Positions 21,448-32,148 are shown, counted from the stretch's first letter. The stretch is 64,000 nt of DNA from Candidatus Saccharimonadia bacterium (GCA_035544015.1 DATKIP010000012.1:99483-163482); one strand, 5' to 3'. Numbers and translations are program-made. The notes: generated from the sequence alone by a model not told the origin.

Positions 21448-21662
21448 ACGATTTACTCCTGTATTCTACCTCAAATCGACCGTTCCAGCAACAATCTGTA
21501 CTGGTTCACACCATCCGGGCGACAAAATAAGCATAAGCGTGTTGTACCAAACACCACGATACTCACAAAAACACCCCAGCTCATCCCAAGCTTTTTAGGA
21601 CCCATCACAAAGCCAGGCTCACACCGCCGGCGTAGCATGAGGGGTGTAATGTGGAGGTTACA

Positions 21663-21983
21663 ATGTATCAGCACTACCTAGAAGATGACGGTATGGATCC
21701 TGGTCTTGGGGACCTTGCGTATGACGGCAGCGAGTACCAGCTCGATGAGTTTGGCGAGCGCATCGGCGCCGATGACCTAGCCGAGGAAGATGCGGCCGAC
21801 GAGGAAGAAGCCATGTCCGAAGACGACATGCAGCCCCTCAGCCCCATCGATGATGGTTTTGGCGAGACCCTTAGCCCCGCCGACAATCCCAAACTCGACG
21901 ACCAATTCGACGACGAGGCTCTGCGCGACGAGACCGAGGCGGATTATCCCGGCGGCATCAAGCCCGACGCTACCGACTCCTAA
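21663..21983 (+). CDS. Highly acidic small hypothetical protein
   Basis: GGAGGT SD before ATG; very D/E-rich ORF. Confidence 0.7.
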   Translation: MYQHYLEDDGMDPGLGDLAYDGSEYQLDEFGERIGADDLAEEDAADEEEAMSEDDMQPLSPIDDGFGETLSPADNPKLDDQFDDEALRDETEADYPGGIKPDATDS

Positions 21984-22088
21984 AAACCCAAAAACACCCC
22001 GACAATAACCCCGGCATAATCTAGCCGGGGTTATTGCTGCCAAGAGCGTCCCAGCACGATGGTATAATCAAACAAATATCATCCAACC

Positions 22089-22934
22089 GTGAACACAAAA
22101 CCACCAATTTCGCACACCCTTTCAATTGCCGGCGCCAAGGTCCATTACGTGGACCTCCGCCCCCATCTGCCCGGCACCATCCTGATGCTACATGGACTGA
22201 GAAGCAGCCACGCCGGTCTCCTGAAGCTAGCCGAGCAATTCCCCGGTCATCGCGTCATCATCCCTGATTTCCCCGGCTACGGCGGCAGCGCGCCGCTCGC
22301 CGGGCGGCACACCGTAGCCGCCTACACCGCATTCGTCGGCAGCTTCATCCGAGAGCTAAAGCTGCAGAACCTCACGTTGCTCGGCCACAGTTTTGGGGCC
22401 CTCATCGGCCTCGCCTACGCTGCCACCACATCGGCCGAAATCAACCACCTCGTAATGATTAGTCCCATCCCCAAGCCAAATATCATCTCGCGTGCCGGTA
22501 CTATTTACTACCGCATCGGTCAGGCACTTCCTGCGCCGCTCGACAAGCGCTGGCTCACCAACCGCCGCCTCCACCGGCCGATACGCCAGCTCGTAGCCCG
22601 CGCCACCGACCCCGTCACCCACGCCTACGTCATGGCCGAAGGCGAGCACGAACTCCAAGTGCTCGAGCCCCATATCAATGTCCAAAACTACCTCAGCCTC
22701 GCCGCCACCGACCCCACCCTCTGGCTAGCAAGCCTCACCGTCCCGACGCTCGTGGTAGCCGGCGACGCCGATCCCCTCACCCGCCTCGCCGATGTCATAG
22801 CCAGCTACGACCGCCCCGGTATTATCATCAAAGTCATCGAGGGCATGGGGCACTTCGCACCCGCCGAAATTCCCACCGAGATCGCCGTAGCCGTCACCTC
22901 GTGGCTGCGCACACCCCAAGGAGCCTCTGTTTGA
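22089..22934 (+). CDS. Alpha/beta hydrolase
   Basis: LHGL, PDFPGYG, GHSFG nucleophile elbow, GDAD, GH. Confidence 0.9.
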   Translation: MNTKPPISHTLSIAGAKVHYVDLRPHLPGTILMLHGLRSSHAGLLKLAEQFPGHRVIIPDFPGYGGSAPLAGRHTVAAYTAFVGSFIRELKLQNLTLLGHSFGALIGLAYAATTSAEINHLVMISPIPKPNIISRAGTIYYRIGQALPAPLDKRWLTNRRLHRPIRQLVARATDPVTHAYVMAEGEHELQVLEPHINVQNYLSLAATDPTLWLASLTVPTLVVAGDADPLTRLADVIASYDRPGIIIKVIEGMGHFAPAEIPTEIAVAVTSWLRTPQGASV

Positions 22935-23818
22935 TGATCGACCTCAAACACCAAGACAAGCCCGGCCACAGCTTCGAAGCCTTTGGTAGCCATGCCAAAT
23001 ATTGGACCTATGGCGACCCCAAGCTCCCCACCATCATAGTCATCCACGGCTTCCGCGGCACCCATCACGGCCTGCTCAGCATTATTAAGTATCTGCCGAA
23101 GTATCACGTTGTGGTCCCCGACCTCCCCGGCTTCGGCGACTCCACCCCCATGACCACTCAACCCCACAACATGCTCGGCTACGCCCGCTTCATCCGCGAG
23201 CTCATCCACCACCTCAAGCTCGACCCCGTCATTCTACTCGGCCATTCCATGGGCACCACCGTCGCCGCTGAGCTCGTGGCGCTTGATCCCGCCATCGCCA
23301 CCCACCTGATACTCATCAACCCCATTGCCGAACACCCCCTCAAAAGCCAAACCGGGCCCCAAATTGCGCTCGGAGGGCTGCATCTGAAAATAGGCGCCCA
23401 GTGGCTACCTGAGAAAATCGGCCTCGTATGGCTGTCCCACAGCTGGCCCATCATGCTCGCCAGTGCCACCATGACCAAAACCCGCGACAAACAGCTACGC
23501 CGATGGATTCATGCCAACCACCTGACCTACATGAAGCGCTTCCACAACCGCCACACCCTCTTCGAAGTTTACCGAGCCTCGGTAGAGCACACGGTCACCG
23601 CCCACGCCGCCAACATCACCATCCCCACCCTCCTCATTGCCGGCCGAGTCGACGCCATCGCACCGATCAAAGGCCAGCGCAAACTCGCTGCCGCCATCGC
23701 CGGCGCCCAGCTCATTGAGTTCGACAACGTCGGCCACATCATCCACTACGAGAAAGCCCGCGAAGCCGCCGCGGCTATCAACGACTTCTTACCACCCCCA
23801 GCAACGCCCGCCGTTTAA
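22934..23818 (+). CDS. Alpha/beta hydrolase
   Basis: IHGFRG, PDLPGFG, GHSMG, GRVD, VGHIIHYE. Confidence 0.9.
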   Translation: MIDLKHQDKPGHSFEAFGSHAKYWTYGDPKLPTIIVIHGFRGTHHGLLSIIKYLPKYHVVVPDLPGFGDSTPMTTQPHNMLGYARFIRELIHHLKLDPVILLGHSMGTTVAAELVALDPAIATHLILINPIAEHPLKSQTGPQIALGGLHLKIGAQWLPEKIGLVWLSHSWPIMLASATMTKTRDKQLRRWIHANHLTYMKRFHNRHTLFEVYRASVEHTVTAHAANITIPTLLIAGRVDAIAPIKGQRKLAAAIAGAQLIEFDNVGHIIHYEKAREAAAAINDFLPPPATPAV

Positions 23819-24992
23819 TCTTGGGTTTATGTTCGCGCACGACTTGTTCGTAGAGCTTCTCGTACGCCGTGATAGTATTCGCCAGATCATGTGTTCGCGC
23901 GATCTGTAGGCTCACCGCCCCAAATTGCTCCACGACAGTCTTATCCCCCACGATCCGCCCCATTCGATCGGCCAGCTCCTCATAGTCATCCACCTCAAAC
24001 AAGTACCCGTTGCGCCCCTCCTGACACAGCTCATACACCGCCCCAGCATTCACCACCACCACCGGCATACCCGTAGCCATCGCCTCGAGCGTCGCAATAC
24101 TCTGCAACTCGGCCGGCGACGGCATCACAAACAAGCTACCCAGCCGCAATATCGTCGGCTTGTCGTCTTCGTCCACCTTGCCCGTAAAGGTTACGCGGTC
24201 AGTCATATTCAGATCACGCGCCAACTCTTTGAGATGTGCCAAATCATTGCCGTCGCCCACAATCACCAAGTGAAACTTCACCCGGCCCAAAAGCCGATGA
24301 GCCGCGCGCACCAACACCCCCACATGCTTCTCGGCATCAAGCCGACCCAAATACATCACTACCGGAACACCCATCGGAATCCCAAATCGCTCATAAAATT
24401 CCGCCGACACCTTGCCAGACTTAAACCGACTCAAATCAACTCCATTCGAAATCGCTACAAACGGCTTCGAAAACGAATCCGGCTTCAGCATGCGGATAGC
24501 TGCCTGCGTTGGCAAGGTCACGACGTCCGCATTGCTGTAAAATCTACTACCATATTCACGCAGCATAAAGTCAATTTGCCGCGCAAACGGCGCCAACAAC
24601 TTGAGATTATCGATGAAATTCTCACTCATCGCATGATTGGTCGCCACCAGGGGCACATGGTATTTCTTGGCCGCCCCAATCGCCCCCAAGCCCACTGCCA
24701 GCGGCGTCTGCAGATGAATCACATCCGGCGTAAACTCTTTGGTTATCTGATTGATCTCGCGGTTGGGTGACAGCGAAATCCGCAAATTCTGATAAAACGG
24801 AAACACCACCGACGCCGTCCGCATCACCCGATAATTACCATCCATCTCCACCGAGCGCTTGCCGGTTTGCGACGGCGCCACCACCACCACATCATGGCCA
24901 CGCTCCGCCAAACCTTGCGCGAGGGTTCTGCCAGCAGTCGCAATCCCGTTAATGGTTGGCCAGTGAAGATCGGAGGCCATGAGAATCTTCAT
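23778..24992 (-). CDS. GT4 glycosyltransferase (1,2-diacylglycerol glucosyltransferase-like)
   Basis: PTINGIA, ISNGVDL, YLGRLDAEK, ELQSIATLEAMATG. Confidence 0.88.
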   Translation of the reverse strand: MKILMASDLHWPTINGIATAGRTLAQGLAERGHDVVVVAPSQTGKRSVEMDGNYRVMRTASVVFPFYQNLRISLSPNREINQITKEFTPDVIHLQTPLAVGLGAIGAAKKYHVPLVATNHAMSENFIDNLKLLAPFARQIDFMLREYGSRFYSNADVVTLPTQAAIRMLKPDSFSKPFVAISNGVDLSRFKSGKVSAEFYERFGIPMGVPVVMYLGRLDAEKHVGVLVRAAHRLLGRVKFHLVIVGDGNDLAHLKELARDLNMTDRVTFTGKVDEDDKPTILRLGSLFVMPSPAELQSIATLEAMATGMPVVVVNAGAVYELCQEGRNGYLFEVDDYEELADRMGRIVGDKTVVEQFGAVSLQIARTHDLANTITAYEKLYEQVVREHKPKIKRRALLGVVRSR

Positions 24993-25041
24993 GACGCGAT
25001 TATATCAAGTCAGATACCACTTATGATAGAGTGGGGTCATT

Positions 25042-26127
25042 ATGATGGTAATTTTTGACGCCCGCTGGACCAAAACCGACCATCACGACGGCATCAGCCG
25101 CTTCGGCGCCAACCTCCTCGAAGCACTCGTGAAACTCACGCCCGTCACCGCGCTCATTTGTGATCAACGCCAGCTGAAGCTATTGCCCACCGGACCCACC
25201 TACATCCAGGTCAACCAACCCACCTCACCGGCCGAGATCCTCCTGCCGCTCAAGCTCAACCGCCTCGACGCCGACGCCGTCTACAGCCCCATGCAGATCA
25301 TGGGCACCATCGGCCGCCGCTACAAACTCATCTTCACCCTCCACGACACCATCTATTACCGCTACCCCATGGCGCCCACCGACCTCAGCGTATCGGCTCG
25401 CGCCTTCTGGTGGCTCTACCACCAAGCCTATTGGCCCGGCCGGCTCGTACTCAATCAAGCCGACCTCATCGCCACCGTCAGCGAATTCTCAAAACACGAA
25501 ATCACATCAAACCATCTCACCGATCGGCCCGTAGAAGTCCTCTACAATGCCGCCCCCAAGCTCCCATCGGCCATTGCGAACACAAAAATTAAGCCTGAAT
25601 TGGTGTTTATGGGCACCCTCATGCCCTACAAAAACGCCGAACTGCTCATCCAGTCACTGCCCCTGCTGCCCAAATACCACCTCCATCTCACCGGCCGCGC
25701 TACCCCAGACCGCCTCGCCGCCCTCACCGCCCTGGCCAACCAGCACCACGTCGCCAGCCGCATCACCTTCTGGAATGGCGCCAGCGACGCCGACTACGCT
25801 AAACTGCTAAGCAGCGCCACGGCCCTCGTGAGTGCCTCGCGCTTCGAGGGCTTCGGGCTGCCGCTCGTCGAAGGCATGGCGCACGGAGTGCCCGTAGTCT
25901 GCAGCGACATACCCATCTTCCACGAGGTCGCCGGAAAAGCCGCGCTGTACTTCGATCCCGATTCTCCAGCCGCTTTCGCGGACCAAATTCGCGCGCTCGA
26001 GCAGCCGCCTGTTCGCGCCGAGCTCATCAAACTCGGCTCCGCTCAAGCCGCCAGCTTCAGTTGGGACCACACCGCAGCCAAACTGCTCAAAATACTCACT
26101 ACCCTCACCGCTCAGGAGCATAAATGA
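25042..26127 (+). CDS. GT4 glycosyltransferase
   Basis: DARW..DGISRF, TLHD, PYKN, EGFGLPLVEGM, SDIPIFHEV. Confidence 0.9.
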   Translation: MMVIFDARWTKTDHHDGISRFGANLLEALVKLTPVTALICDQRQLKLLPTGPTYIQVNQPTSPAEILLPLKLNRLDADAVYSPMQIMGTIGRRYKLIFTLHDTIYYRYPMAPTDLSVSARAFWWLYHQAYWPGRLVLNQADLIATVSEFSKHEITSNHLTDRPVEVLYNAAPKLPSAIANTKIKPELVFMGTLMPYKNAELLIQSLPLLPKYHLHLTGRATPDRLAALTALANQHHVASRITFWNGASDADYAKLLSSATALVSASRFEGFGLPLVEGMAHGVPVVCSDIPIFHEVAGKAALYFDPDSPAAFADQIRALEQPPVRAELIKLGSAQAASFSWDHTAAKLLKILTTLTAQEHK

Positions 26128-27269
26128 CCCCTATTGTTGATAAAATTACAGCACCAAAGCGTATTTTGATCCTCATGGCCAACGCCGGCGGCGGCCACAA
26201 GAGCGCTGCCAATGCCATCGCCGAAGCCCTCGTGACCAAGTATCAAGAGGGAGTCGTTGTCGAAATTATTGATTCACTCAAAGAAATCGCCCCTCAGCCC
26301 TTCGACCGCGGTGGTGATCTGTTTCAGCTCGTCATAAAATCACCCAAGGCCTGGCGCAGCCTTTACGAAATCGTCGATGGACCTCGTAGATCCAAGATCA
26401 TCAATTCCAGTATTTCCCTCTACGCCCTCCGCAACAGCCGAAAGTTGCTCGAAAATCACCCCGCCGACCTCGTTATATCCACCTACCATTTTGCCAACGC
26501 CGGCATGCTCGAAACGCTGGCCCGACACAATATCAAAATACCGTTTGTCACTGTCGTCACCGACCTCGTCACCGTCCCGCTGATCTGGTTCGACACCCGC
26601 ACCACTCTCTGCATTACGCCCACCCCCCAAGCCGCCCAACTAGCACACGAATGCGGATTGAAGCCAAAACAAATAAAAGTCATCGGGCAACCAGTATCCA
26701 GTCGTTTTTATCCCCCCGCCAAAGCCAAAAACCAGCTCAAAAAAGCCCTCGACTGGAACCCTACCCAGCCGGCCATCATCACCATGGCGGGCGGCGAAGG
26801 CGTCGGGGCCCTCGACGAGATTACAAACCTTCTCGCCCCCCTCGAAGCCACCATCGCCGTCGTTACCGGCAAAAATACCAACCTTTACGAGAAACTTTCG
26901 ACCGAGGCACCACCCAACGTCAAGGTCTACGGCTTCGTCAGCAACCTCGACGAAATGATGCGCGCAGCCGATCTCATCGTCACCAAGGCCGGCCCCGGCA
27001 CCATCGTCGAAGCGCTCAATTCCCACCTACCCCTTATCCTCTACTCCAAGCTCTCGGGTCAAGAAGACGGCAACGTCGATTTCGTCACCAACGCCGGCGC
27101 CGGGCTCTGGCAGCCCAAACTCAGCGAGATGGCAAGCACCGTGCGCCTGCTACTCGACAACCCGGCCACACTCAAGCACATGTCCGAAGCCGCCAGCAGC
27201 ATCGCCCAACCCGGAGCCAGCGCCGAGATCGCCTCTACCATCGGCTCGCTCATCGGCCTCCCTGCCTAA
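26124..27269 (+). CDS. MGDG synthase/UgtP-like GT28 glycosyltransferase
   Basis: GGGHKSAA, TVVTDL, GGEG, TKAGPGT..EA, GQEDGN. Confidence 0.9.
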   Translation: MTPIVDKITAPKRILILMANAGGGHKSAANAIAEALVTKYQEGVVVEIIDSLKEIAPQPFDRGGDLFQLVIKSPKAWRSLYEIVDGPRRSKIINSSISLYALRNSRKLLENHPADLVISTYHFANAGMLETLARHNIKIPFVTVVTDLVTVPLIWFDTRTTLCITPTPQAAQLAHECGLKPKQIKVIGQPVSSRFYPPAKAKNQLKKALDWNPTQPAIITMAGGEGVGALDEITNLLAPLEATIAVVTGKNTNLYEKLSTEAPPNVKVYGFVSNLDEMMRAADLIVTKAGPGTIVEALNSHLPLILYSKLSGQEDGNVDFVTNAGAGLWQPKLSEMASTVRLLLDNPATLKHMSEAASSIAQPGASAEIASTIGSLIGLPA

Positions 27270-27338
27270 AAACACGCGCCACGGCAGTGCCAAAACTGGC
27301 GTTCCGGCTCCAAAATTGTTACGCTAGCGACAACAACG

Positions 27339-28310
27339 GTGAAACCCTCGGTGGCGAAGTCAGCCCAATCCAAATTCACAAACGAGCGTGCAGAGCTCCG
27401 CAAGCACTATTTTCTCGATAGCTACGTCGTGATCGCGCCCCGGCGCAGCTTCCGGCCCGACTCTTTCTCCCGCGCCGCCGAGCCCCACAAGCTGGTCATG
27501 GACCACTGCCCATTCGATCACAACACCGAGCACGCCGTATGGCAGCATCCCCGCGGCGCCGACTGGCGCGTGAAAGTCGTCCGCAATGTCTTCCCAGCCT
27601 TTTCCCCCGACAACCCCAAGGCCTTTGGCATCCAGGAAGTTATCATCAACACGCCCGATCACTTCAGTGAATTTTCCGACCTCTCCGTCAGCCATATCGT
27701 CGAAATCTTTGCCGCCTACCGCCAGCGAATCAGCGAGCTCTCCAAAATCGACGGCATCCGCTACGTACTCATATTTAAAAACGATGGCCCCGTCGCCGGA
27801 GCGAGCATCGCCCACGCCCATTGCCAAATTTTTGCCCTGCCCATCATACCGCCCAAAATCGCCACCGAGAGCGACGCGCTCAATCACCATTGGGATCTCC
27901 ACAACACCTGCGCCTATTGCGACACGATCGCCTGGGAAGAACAACAAAAAGTGCGCCTCGTTAGTCACGATAAACATTTTGTAGCCCTCGCCCCCTACGC
28001 CTCCAGTCACGCCCTGGAGGTCTGGCTGCTTCCTCGCCGCCACATCAACAAACTCGGCGAACTCCACGCCGATGAAATACAATCCCTTGCAATAATTATC
28101 AAAAAAATAACCGCTCGTCTCGATGCATCAACGATAAGTTTCAACTATATTATACAAGAATCCCTCGACCACCAAGACCATCATTTCGTCATAAAAGTCG
28201 AACCTCGCACCACCAAATTCGCCGGGGCCGAGCTGGGAACCGGCATCGAGGTAAATCCCGTCGCCCCCGAATACGCCGCCTTGTGGTACCAGGGCAAAAC
28301 CACCGACTAG
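27339..28310 (+). CDS. galT: Galactose-1-phosphate uridylyltransferase family
   Basis: RSFRP, CPF, NVFPAF, FKNDG..AGASIAHAHCQ, AGAELGTG..NPVAPE. Confidence 0.85.
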   Translation: MKPSVAKSAQSKFTNERAELRKHYFLDSYVVIAPRRSFRPDSFSRAAEPHKLVMDHCPFDHNTEHAVWQHPRGADWRVKVVRNVFPAFSPDNPKAFGIQEVIINTPDHFSEFSDLSVSHIVEIFAAYRQRISELSKIDGIRYVLIFKNDGPVAGASIAHAHCQIFALPIIPPKIATESDALNHHWDLHNTCAYCDTIAWEEQQKVRLVSHDKHFVALAPYASSHALEVWLLPRRHINKLGELHADEIQSLAIIIKKITARLDASTISFNYIIQESLDHQDHHFVIKVEPRTTKFAGAELGTGIEVNPVAPEYAALWYQGKTTD

Positions 28311-28313
28311 CCC

Positions 28314-28342
28314 TTGCATGTTCGCTTTACGTTCGGTATAGT
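28314..28342 (+). promoter_or_regulatory. Promoter TTGCAT-17-TATAGT whose spacer is a GTTC-N7-GTTC box
   Basis: Spacer GTTCGCTTTACGTTCGG (28320-28336); similar boxes at 58915 and 61569. Confidence 0.75.
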
Positions 28343-28364
28343 GCAGGTCTCACCAGGAGAACTC

Positions 28365-29921
28365 ATGCTAGCCACTACGTACGCCCCTGCCATTATTGGC
28401 ATCGACAGCCACCTCATCTCCATTGAATGCGACATGACCAACGGCCTGCCCGGTTTTGTCATCGTTGGGCTCGGCGACAAAGCCGTCGACGAATCCCGCG
28501 AACGCGTACGCAGCGCTATCAAAAACAGCCAATTGATGCTGCCACCCAAACGCATCACCCTCAACCTCGCGCCCGCCGACCTGCCGAAAGATGGTTCCAG
28601 CTACGATCTTGGCATGGCCGTAGCCGTCCTCGCCGCGAGCGGCCAAATTGACGCCAGCCTCTTCGAAGGCAGCCTGTTTATGGGCGAGCTCGCCCTCGAC
28701 GGCACCATTCGCCCCGTCCGGGGAGCCATCATCGCCGCCGAAATGACCCACCGCGGCGGCTTTGAACGGCTTTTTGTAGCCCCCGAAAACGCCGCCGAAG
28801 CCGCCCTTTCGGGCCAAACCAAGGTCTTCGCGGTATCAAGCCTCCTCGAACTCTATCAGCACCTCGTTGGCCATACGCTGCTTTCCCCGTTTGCTGCTAC
28901 CGCGGGCAGCACCCTCGAGCCGGCCGACTCCCCAGTGGTAGATTTTAGCCTCATCTACGGCCAGGTTGCAGCCAAGCGCGCAGTCGAAATCGCTGCTGCC
29001 GGCGGCCACAACCTCTTGCTCACCGGACCTCCCGGCACCGGCAAAACTCTTCTTTCCAAAGCCATTATGGGCATACTGCCCCAGCCTACCTTCGAAGAAT
29101 CCATCGAAATCTCCAAACTCCACAACCTCGCCGGCCGCCAGGCCACGGGCATCATGCGCACGCGGCCGTTTCGATCACCGCATCACACTGCCTCCAGCGT
29201 GGCCCTCATCGGCGGCGGCACCAAACCCCGTCCGGGCGAAATCAGCCTCAGCCACGGCGGAGTGTTATTTCTGGATGAATTACCCGAATTCCCCCGCGGA
29301 GTGCTCGAGGTGTTGCGTCAACCGCTAGAAGACGGCTCCATTACCGTTGCCCGCGCCGCCGGAGTAGCCACCTTTCCCGCCCGCTTTATGCTCGTAGCCA
29401 CCCGCAATCCCTGCCCCTGCGGCTTCGCCGGTGACCCCGACGAAAAATGCCAGTGCGAACACGCCGCCATCAACCGCTACCAACGCAAAATTTCCGGTCC
29501 ACTCCTCGACCGCATCGACATCGTCACCGAGGTGGCACGCATCGATCAACAAGCCATCATCCGCGCTCGTCCCGCCGAAAGCAGCGCCGACATAGCCGGG
29601 CGCGTTCAGCGCGCCCGCACCATCCAGCAACAGCGCGCCTACGAACACGGCGTCAGCTGCAACGCCCACATGAGTACTAGAGATATTCAAAAACATTGTA
29701 CTATTAACAACGAAACTACCGATATCGCGTCTCATGCCATGAGCAATCTCAGCCTTTCGGCCCGCGGCTACAGCCGCATCCTAAAAGTCGCCCGCACCAT
29801 CGCCGATCTAGAAGCCTCCTCAACCATCCAAACCCACCACTTCACCGAGGCGCTCCAGTACCGGCCCCGACTCCCCGAAACCCGTACCAACCACACCGCC
29901 CAAGCCAGCGTAAACGGCTAA
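28365..29921 (+). CDS. comM: YifB/ComM Mg-chelatase-like AAA+ ATPase
   Basis: ESRERVRSA, NLAPADLPK, GPPGTGKT, RPFRSPHH, FLDELPEF, ISGPLLDRID; AGGAGA SD. Confidence 0.95.
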   Translation: MLATTYAPAIIGIDSHLISIECDMTNGLPGFVIVGLGDKAVDESRERVRSAIKNSQLMLPPKRITLNLAPADLPKDGSSYDLGMAVAVLAASGQIDASLFEGSLFMGELALDGTIRPVRGAIIAAEMTHRGGFERLFVAPENAAEAALSGQTKVFAVSSLLELYQHLVGHTLLSPFAATAGSTLEPADSPVVDFSLIYGQVAAKRAVEIAAAGGHNLLLTGPPGTGKTLLSKAIMGILPQPTFEESIEISKLHNLAGRQATGIMRTRPFRSPHHTASSVALIGGGTKPRPGEISLSHGGVLFLDELPEFPRGVLEVLRQPLEDGSITVARAAGVATFPARFMLVATRNPCPCGFAGDPDEKCQCEHAAINRYQRKISGPLLDRIDIVTEVARIDQQAIIRARPAESSADIAGRVQRARTIQQQRAYEHGVSCNAHMSTRDIQKHCTINNETTDIASHAMSNLSLSARGYSRILKVARTIADLEASSTIQTHHFTEALQYRPRLPETRTNHTAQASVNG

Positions 29922-30214
29922 ACCTTTACCAGATTATAAATCGAGGCGCCCACGGAGGTGTGCACGAGCACAAAGTACAAAACCAGCTCTACGCCGACCA
30001 AAGCCACCGCCATTACGCCGATTCGCCGCAAATCGCTCGAAACGTACGAGAAATCACGAGTGCTTACCGCGGGCGCCACCGAGCGGGCGCTAGACTGAAG
30101 CGACGCCCCCATCGCAGCCGGAGATTCTGTCGCAGTCGCTACAACGGCGGTTGCGCCGGCAGCCTCAACGTGCTTGAACTTGTGCTTTTTTGCCGTATTC
30201 TTCTTCTTTGCCAT
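29918..30214 (-). CDS. Small membrane protein
   Basis: Basic N-terminus, YVSSDLRRIG then a TM helix. Confidence 0.7.
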   Translation of the reverse strand: MAKKKNTAKKHKFKHVEAAGATAVVATATESPAAMGASLQSSARSVAPAVSTRDFSYVSSDLRRIGVMAVALVGVELVLYFVLVHTSVGASIYNLVKV

Positions 30215-30315
30215 GGCCCGCATTGTAGCATATCTGGCACCCCCCTCGCCTGGTCCCAGTTTGCGCCGAGGTTGCTCCACGCCATATACTGGTGACGAGC
30301 TAGAAGGACCTCGTT

Positions 30316-30795
30316 GTGATATATGCCCTCATTGCCCTTGCCCTGGCCAGCCTCGGCCTTGGTGTTATTGCCCTCGTACAGGTACGACGGCTCACGACGC
30401 GCTTCAGCGCCGCACTCGGCGGCAATGTCGCCGCATCGCTCGAATCCACCCTCACCGGTCACCTAGCCCGCGTTGAAGCCGTCGATAGCCGCCTAGGCGA
30501 GCTAGAATCCGAATACCAGCGCCTTTCGATCACCGGCGCCCTCGCCTCACAAAAGATCTCGGTGGTCCGGTTCAACCCCTTCGGCGACACCGGCGGCGAT
30601 CAAAGCTTCAGTCTAGCCGTACTCGATGCCCACGATTCCGGCTATGTACTTTCGAGCATCCACGGCCGCCAAGGCACCCGGGTTTACGTCAAGCCCGTCG
30701 ACTTTGGCAAGAGCAAATACCAGCTTTCGGTCGAGGAGCAGCAAGCCTTAAACCAAGCCGCCAAACGCGTACCCCAGATAAGCGAGGAGAACTAA
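30316..30795 (+). CDS. DUF4446-like protein
   Basis: TM + coiled coil + VVRFNPFGDTGGDQSFSLAVLD..TRVYVKP..LSVEE. Confidence 0.85.
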   Translation: MIYALIALALASLGLGVIALVQVRRLTTRFSAALGGNVAASLESTLTGHLARVEAVDSRLGELESEYQRLSITGALASQKISVVRFNPFGDTGGDQSFSLAVLDAHDSGYVLSSIHGRQGTRVYVKPVDFGKSKYQLSVEEQQALNQAAKRVPQISEEN

Positions 30796-30796
30796 C

Positions 30797-31210
30797 ATGG
30801 CTCGAAAAAGTCACGATGACGCACTGGGAGTAGCCGGCGGCGAAACGATCATCGGCGCCGGTGTCACCGTGCATGGCACCCTTAACAGCGATGCCGATAT
30901 CACCATCGACGGCAGCCTCGACGGCACCATCACCACCGCCGGCGACCTCACCATCGGCGTCAACGGCCGCATCACGGCCGACGTCACCGCCACCAATATC
31001 ACGATACTCGGCCACCTCAAGGGCAACATTACCGCCACCGGCGAAGCCTCTATCCGCGAAACCGGCCAAGTCGAGGGCGACATCGTTTCCGGTGGGCTCG
31101 CCATCAGCCCCGGCGGTATTTTCGTGGGCCGCAGCCAAATGCAAACCGTCATACCGCTCGGCCCCGAACCCACCAAACCCGAGCCTCAATCCGAGACCAA
31201 GAATCTCTAA
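30797..31210 (+). CDS. Bactofilin (polymer-forming cytoskeletal protein)
   Basis: ETIIGAGV..IDG..G beta-helix repeats. Confidence 0.9.
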   Translation: MARKSHDDALGVAGGETIIGAGVTVHGTLNSDADITIDGSLDGTITTAGDLTIGVNGRITADVTATNITILGHLKGNITATGEASIRETGQVEGDIVSGGLAISPGGIFVGRSQMQTVIPLGPEPTKPEPQSETKNL

Positions 31211-31213
31211 ACC

Positions 31214-32107
31214 ATGTATTATTACATCGTCAACCCAGCAGCCGGTCACGGACAGATCAAAAATCTCCAAGAAAAGCTGCGTTCACGCCTCGACAAGCTA
31301 AACATTCGCGGCGAATGGGTCAAAACCACCGGCCCCGGCGACGCCACCAAGCTCGCCAAAGCTGCCGTCGCCGCCGGGCACACCACCATCGTAGCCGTCG
31401 GCGGCGACGACACCGTCAACGAAGTCATCAACGGCATCGAGCGCGACAACGTCGCCGTTGGCATCATCCCCATCGGCACCGCCAACCGCGTCGCCAGTCA
31501 GCTCGGCATCATCACCTGGTCCCAAGCCTGCGAAGCCCTGGCCGCCCGCCGGCTTACCTCCTACTCGCTGATCGCTGCCGGCCAAAAATTCTTTCTCTCC
31601 ACCCTCACCCTCGGATTCGAAACCGACCTCGACAAAACCGTCGACACCTCGCAGTCCGGTGTCCGCGCGCGCGTCGGCCAATTTGCCCAGAGCCTCGGAC
31701 ACGCCTCCCATTACAACAGCCTGGGATGCCGCATCGAAGTTGACGGCAAATTCACCCTGGCCTGCGATATCTTCACCCTCTCGGTAGCCAATCAAAAATT
31801 TCTCAACCCCCTAGCCGAAAACCGCCTCATTATCGCCCTCAGCGACCGACCCCAGGCCCGCCTCGGGCTCGGCACCATGGTGTGGCGCACCTTGCGGCGC
31901 CGCAGCGGCGAGAGCCTGCTCGAGGACACCGCCACCACGCGCTTCCTAGCCCACCGCGTGGTGATCGAAACCGACCCACCCACCGGGATCATGGTCGACG
32001 GCAAAGTCGCCGGGCGCACGCCCATTGCCATCCGCCTCACCGACCGGCGCATTCGCTTTATCACCGAGAAAATTATCGCCGATTTCAAGGACGCCATTGC
32101 CGCGTAA
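31214..32107 (+). CDS. Diacylglycerol/lipid kinase family protein
   Basis: IVNPAAG, VGGDDTVNEVING, IIPIGTAN, VDGK. Confidence 0.85.
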   Translation: MYYYIVNPAAGHGQIKNLQEKLRSRLDKLNIRGEWVKTTGPGDATKLAKAAVAAGHTTIVAVGGDDTVNEVINGIERDNVAVGIIPIGTANRVASQLGIITWSQACEALAARRLTSYSLIAAGQKFFLSTLTLGFETDLDKTVDTSQSGVRARVGQFAQSLGHASHYNSLGCRIEVDGKFTLACDIFTLSVANQKFLNPLAENRLIIALSDRPQARLGLGTMVWRTLRRRSGESLLEDTATTRFLAHRVVIETDPPTGIMVDGKVAGRTPIAIRLTDRRIRFITEKIIADFKDAIAA

Positions 32108-32148
32108 TCACCACCCCCAAGCCTCTAGGAAAATAAACGTAATACCCG

